64,000 bases of DNA, from positions 581 through 64,580 of the forward strand of contig JABDCK010000001.1 of assembly GCA_013288185.1 (NCBI GenBank). Direction: 5' to 3'. Of the stretch, positions 60,573 to 64,000 are shown in pieces. The notes under the pieces were generated by a model. The model saw only the letters and a list, made by a program, of their open reading frames with translations. It did not search any database and was not told the origin of the DNA. The stretch comes from Gammaproteobacteria bacterium. Lineage in GTDB: Bacteria; Pseudomonadota; Gammaproteobacteria; Berkiellales; Berkiellaceae. A program made the position numbers and the translations under genes. How positions within the stretch are numbered: position 1 is the stretch's first letter; each line of letters opens with the position of its first letter.

Positions 60573-61158
60573 GTCCATCGCCTGTCTTAAACGTTGCGAT
60601 CTAAAATTTCCCTCTCTTCCTGCTACCTACGTATATTCTGCTGAAAACACCCCCATCGATTTACTCCTGGTTAGAGATGATGATATTCCCTTATTAATTC
60701 GTGATGGGGCATGTGATTTGGGTATTGTGGGTGAAAATATCCTCGAAGAGCAAGAAGATAATAGTATATTTGAACGCATAAAATTGTTAGGTTTTGGACG
60801 CTGCCGGCTTTCCATAGCCCTCCCGAAGGAAGTTCCGTTTGACAATCTCAGTATTTTACAAGGCATGAGGATTGCCACCAGTTATCCCAATTTGTTGCAG
60901 CGCTATTTAGAAAAAAATCAAATTGACGCCAAAATTATCGAGATTACGGGCTCTGTGGAAATTGCGCCCCGCTTAAAATTGGCAGACGCCATTTGTGATC
61001 TGGTGGCAACTGGCCGGACGCTGGCGGAAAATAATTTAAAAGAAGTTCATGTGCTTTTAGAAAGCCAAGCGGCATTAATTAAAAACCACAAACCTCTGTT
61101 GCCAACAAAGCTTGCGATTTACAATCAATTATTACAGGGGCTCAATAATGAAAATTAA
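60514..61158 (+). CDS. hisG: ATP phosphoribosyltransferase (short, 214 aa)
   Basis: IAIQKKGRL, VRDDDIP, ATSYP, GSVEIAP...ADAICDLVATGRTL..N.L. Confidence 0.93.
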   Translation: MQTSARLTIAIQKKGRLSDESIACLKRCDLKFPSLPATYVYSAENTPIDLLLVRDDDIPLLIRDGACDLGIVGENILEEQEDNSIFERIKLLGFGRCRLSIALPKEVPFDNLSILQGMRIATSYPNLLQRYLEKNQIDAKIIEITGSVEIAPRLKLADAICDLVATGRTLAENNLKEVHVLLESQAALIKNHKPLLPTKLAIYNQLLQGLNNEN

Positions 61159-62455
61159 CTTTTGGAATAAATTAACACCTGAGGAGCAAAATCAGCGGTT
61201 GCTGCGCAAAACGCAATATAATCAAAGTGCAATGTGTAAACAAGTGGCAAATATTATGGCACAAGTAAAAACACAAGGTGATGATGCACTTTTTGCTTTG
61301 ACAGAGCAATTGGATGGGGTGAAATTAACATCTTTAATGGTAAGTCCAGAAGAATGGGTTCAGGCAGAAAGTTTGGTTTCAGATGCAGAAAAGGAAGCTA
61401 TTTTTCAAGTAGTCCAAAGAGTAAAAAATCATCACCAAGCGCAACTTCCTGAAAATTGGCTGTTTGATAGTTTGGATGGGATTGTTTGCCAGCGGTTGGC
61501 GCGGCCTATTGATCGTGTAGGTTTATATGTTCCTGGCGGTACTGCGCCTTTGGTATCCACCGTCATTATGCTGGCAATACCGGCAAGTGTGGTTGGCTGT
61601 AAACAACGGGTATTATGCACACCGCCAGATAAAATGGGTAAAATTAATCCTGCTATTTTAGTGGCCGCAAAGACTTGTGGCATACACCAGGTATGTAAAG
61701 TGGGGGGTGCGCAAGCGATTGCTGCCATGGCGTATGGTACCACCACCATTCCAAAAGTGGATAAAATTTTTGGACCCGGTAATCAATGGGTAACCCAAGC
61801 CAAAATGCAATGTGTGCAAGAAAATATTGCGGGAATTGATATGCCGGCAGGTCCCTCAGAATTGTTAGTCATTGCAGACCATGATGCAAACTGTGACTTT
61901 GTTGCTGCAGATTTATTATCACAAGCAGAACATGATGTTTGCGCCCAGGTGTTGTTACTCACCCCTAGTTTAACGCTGGCAAAAGCAGTGCTTGCAGCAA
62001 TAACTCGGCAATTAAAAACGTTATCCCGCCAAGCCATCATTACGCAAGCCTTAGAAAATAGCAGCATTATTATGGTGGATGATATTCTAACTGCTATTGC
62101 GCTGAGTAACCGCTATGGACCTGAACATTTAAGCTTGCAGGTAGAAAATCCAGAACAATATTTGCCACATATTACTTGTGCAGGGACTATTTTTATGGGG
62201 CCTTGGACACCGGAGGCATTGGGTGATTATGCCACGGGTGCCAATCACGTCTTACCTACTGCCGGATTTACACACTTGATGAGTGGACTAACGGTGCAGG
62301 ATTTTATTAAAACGATTGGCGTGCAGCAGGCAAGTGCACAAGGGTTATTAAAAATTGGTCCGTTAGCCAAGCAATTGGCGCAAATGGAAGCACTTACTGC
62401 CCATGAAAATGCAATACAATGTCGCTTAAATGCTTGTCAAAGGAGTTTGTCATGA
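61148..62455 (+). CDS. hisD: Histidinol dehydrogenase
   Basis: GLYVPGG, GPGN, IDMPAGPSE, DLLSQAEH, PEHL, GDYATGANHVLPT. ATG at 61148. Confidence 0.96.
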   Translation: MKINFWNKLTPEEQNQRLLRKTQYNQSAMCKQVANIMAQVKTQGDDALFALTEQLDGVKLTSLMVSPEEWVQAESLVSDAEKEAIFQVVQRVKNHHQAQLPENWLFDSLDGIVCQRLARPIDRVGLYVPGGTAPLVSTVIMLAIPASVVGCKQRVLCTPPDKMGKINPAILVAAKTCGIHQVCKVGGAQAIAAMAYGTTTIPKVDKIFGPGNQWVTQAKMQCVQENIAGIDMPAGPSELLVIADHDANCDFVAADLLSQAEHDVCAQVLLLTPSLTLAKAVLAAITRQLKTLSRQAIITQALENSSIIMVDDILTAIALSNRYGPEHLSLQVENPEQYLPHITCAGTIFMGPWTPEALGDYATGANHVLPTAGFTHLMSGLTVQDFIKTIGVQQASAQGLLKIGPLAKQLAQMEALTAHENAIQCRLNACQRSLS

Positions 62456-63456
62456 TGCCAGATATCCGTGCGTTCATTCGCCCAGAATTAAGGGATCTTA
62501 AACCCTATGTGAATTTACGGCAAAGCCATGATTTGGGTATCTTATTAGATTTAAATGAATCCCCTTGGGATAGGGAGGATAAAAGCAACCGCTACCACAG
62601 TGATTTTTCTGCATTAACCGCACAGCTGGCAACGCTTTATGGGATAGCGTCTGATGAGATTTTATTAACGCGTGGCAGTGATGAAGGGATTGATTTATTA
62701 ATTCGATTATTTTGCCGACCCTATTATGATGCAATATTAATTTGCCCGCCCACTTTTTCAATGTATCGCTTTTATGCAAAATTACAAGGCATCACGGTCA
62801 TGGAAACGCCCGGTGATTGTGAAAATATTAAAATACTTTTTTTATGTTCACCCAATAACCCTACTGGGCACACTACTGCCCCAGATGAAATATTTGAATT
62901 ATGCCAAAAATTGGCAGAAAAAGCGATTGTGGTGGTAGATGAAGCCTATATTGAATTTTCAACTACAGAAAGTATGACTTCTTATATCCAGCGATATCCC
63001 AACTTGGTGGTGTTGCGTACTTTATCTAAAGCCTTTGGCTTGGCAGGATTACGTTGTGGAGCATTAATTGCGCATAAGCAACTGGTGCAATATTTACGTG
63101 CTGTTTTAGCGCCATACCCTTTTTCTACCGCCACCATTCAAGCCGCGATGGATGCAACCAAACCGGCATGCGTAGTAGCATTAAAAGAGCGGGTGCGCTG
63201 TATTTTAACGCAACGCAAAATAATGCAAACGGCACTTACGGCATTGTGCTGTGTTAAAAAAGTATGGCCCAGTGAAGCCAATTTTCTCTTGGTAGAATTT
63301 AATGATGCTAAGAAAATTTATGCAACCTGTTTGGAAAATGGCATCCGCTTGCGTGATGTAAGTAATGAACCGGGTTTAGAAAATTGTTTACGTATTAGTA
63401 TAGGGTTGCCTGAACAAAATGAATCCTTAATTAACGTGTTGAGAAAATGTGTATGA
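62452..63456 (+). CDS. hisC: Histidinol-phosphate aminotransferase
   Basis: GSDEGI, CSPNNPTG, VDEAYIEF, RTLSKAFGLAGLRCG. Confidence 0.95.
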   Translation: MMPDIRAFIRPELRDLKPYVNLRQSHDLGILLDLNESPWDREDKSNRYHSDFSALTAQLATLYGIASDEILLTRGSDEGIDLLIRLFCRPYYDAILICPPTFSMYRFYAKLQGITVMETPGDCENIKILFLCSPNNPTGHTTAPDEIFELCQKLAEKAIVVVDEAYIEFSTTESMTSYIQRYPNLVVLRTLSKAFGLAGLRCGALIAHKQLVQYLRAVLAPYPFSTATIQAAMDATKPACVVALKERVRCILTQRKIMQTALTALCCVKKVWPSEANFLLVEFNDAKKIYATCLENGIRLRDVSNEPGLENCLRISIGLPEQNESLINVLRKCV

Positions 63457-64000
63457 AACAAAAAATCTTATTTATTGACAGAGATGGCACTTTAATTGTT
63501 GAACCAGAAGATAAAAAAATAGACCGCTTGGATAAGTTAGAATTTATTCCCGGCGTTATTGCTGCTTTGCTCAGTTTACAGCAAGCAGGGTTTACGTTGG
63601 TTATGGTAACCAATCAAGATAGTTTGGGAACCCCCAAATTCTCACAACAAGATTTTGATGTGCCACACCAGTTTATGATGGCAGTTTTTTCCTCCCAAGG
63701 TATTCAATTTGAGGCGGTGCGCGTTTGCCCCCACAGTGAGGCAGATGGCTGCGCCTGCCGCAAACCGCGCGTGGGATTAGTGTTAGATTATTTATCAGCA
63801 CAAATTATTGATATACCGTGTTCTTATGTGATTGGGGATAGAGAAACGGATAAGCAATTGGCAGAAAACATGGGAATAAAGGGGATCCGTATTGGAGAGC
63901 CAGGGTTTGAAACATGGGCACAAATTAGTGCTAAAATTTTAAACCAAGCCAGAACGGCAACCGTGGTGAGAGAGACGCAAGAGACCCGTGTTACCACTTG
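63453..64000 (+). CDS. hisB: Bifunctional histidinol-phosphatase/IGP dehydratase, N-terminal part (runs off the window)
   Basis: MKQKILFIDRDGTLIVEP..., TNQD, CPH...CACRKP, IGDRETD, then RTATVVRETQETRV (start of the IGPD domain). Confidence 0.93.
   Translation, partial: MKQKILFIDRDGTLIVEPEDKKIDRLDKLEFIPGVIAALLSLQQAGFTLVMVTNQDSLGTPKFSQQDFDVPHQFMMAVFSSQGIQFEAVRVCPHSEADGCACRKPRVGLVLDYLSAQIIDIPCSYVIGDRETDKQLAENMGIKGIRIGEPGFETWAQISAKILNQARTATVVRETQETRVTT

Overview
GC-poor gammaproteobacterial chromosome segment. Gene content suggests a Legionellales/Coxiella/'Ca. Berkiella'-like protist-associated bacterium (inference). The housekeeping backbone comprises tpiA-secG-tRNA-Leu-nuoA-N, tRNA-fMet-rimP-nusA-infB-rbfA-truB-rpsO-pnp, a phosphofructokinase, mpl-ubiX, malic enzyme and the start of a yerC-hisGDCB operon. 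Between these sit many eukaryote-like candidate effectors. These are two U-box paralogs carrying 3 versus 1 copies of an unrecognised ~110-aa repeat, a LubX-like tandem U-box protein, an IQ-motif protein, a CaaX-tailed protein, ankyrin proteins (one with a C58-like Cys-His-Asp core), an NLS-bearing DarT-like protein, and a 1059-aa protein fusing a VIP2-type mono-ADP-ribosyltransferase to a SidE-type phosphodiesterase in the reverse order to SidE. The ORF track does not show a family of ~200-bp palindromic REPIN/MITE-like elements with ~52-bp GC-rich arms. These bracket a DUF559 endonuclease gene and recur elsewhere, suggesting a nuclease-associated REP system. All calls come from reading motifs by eye; no database searches were run.
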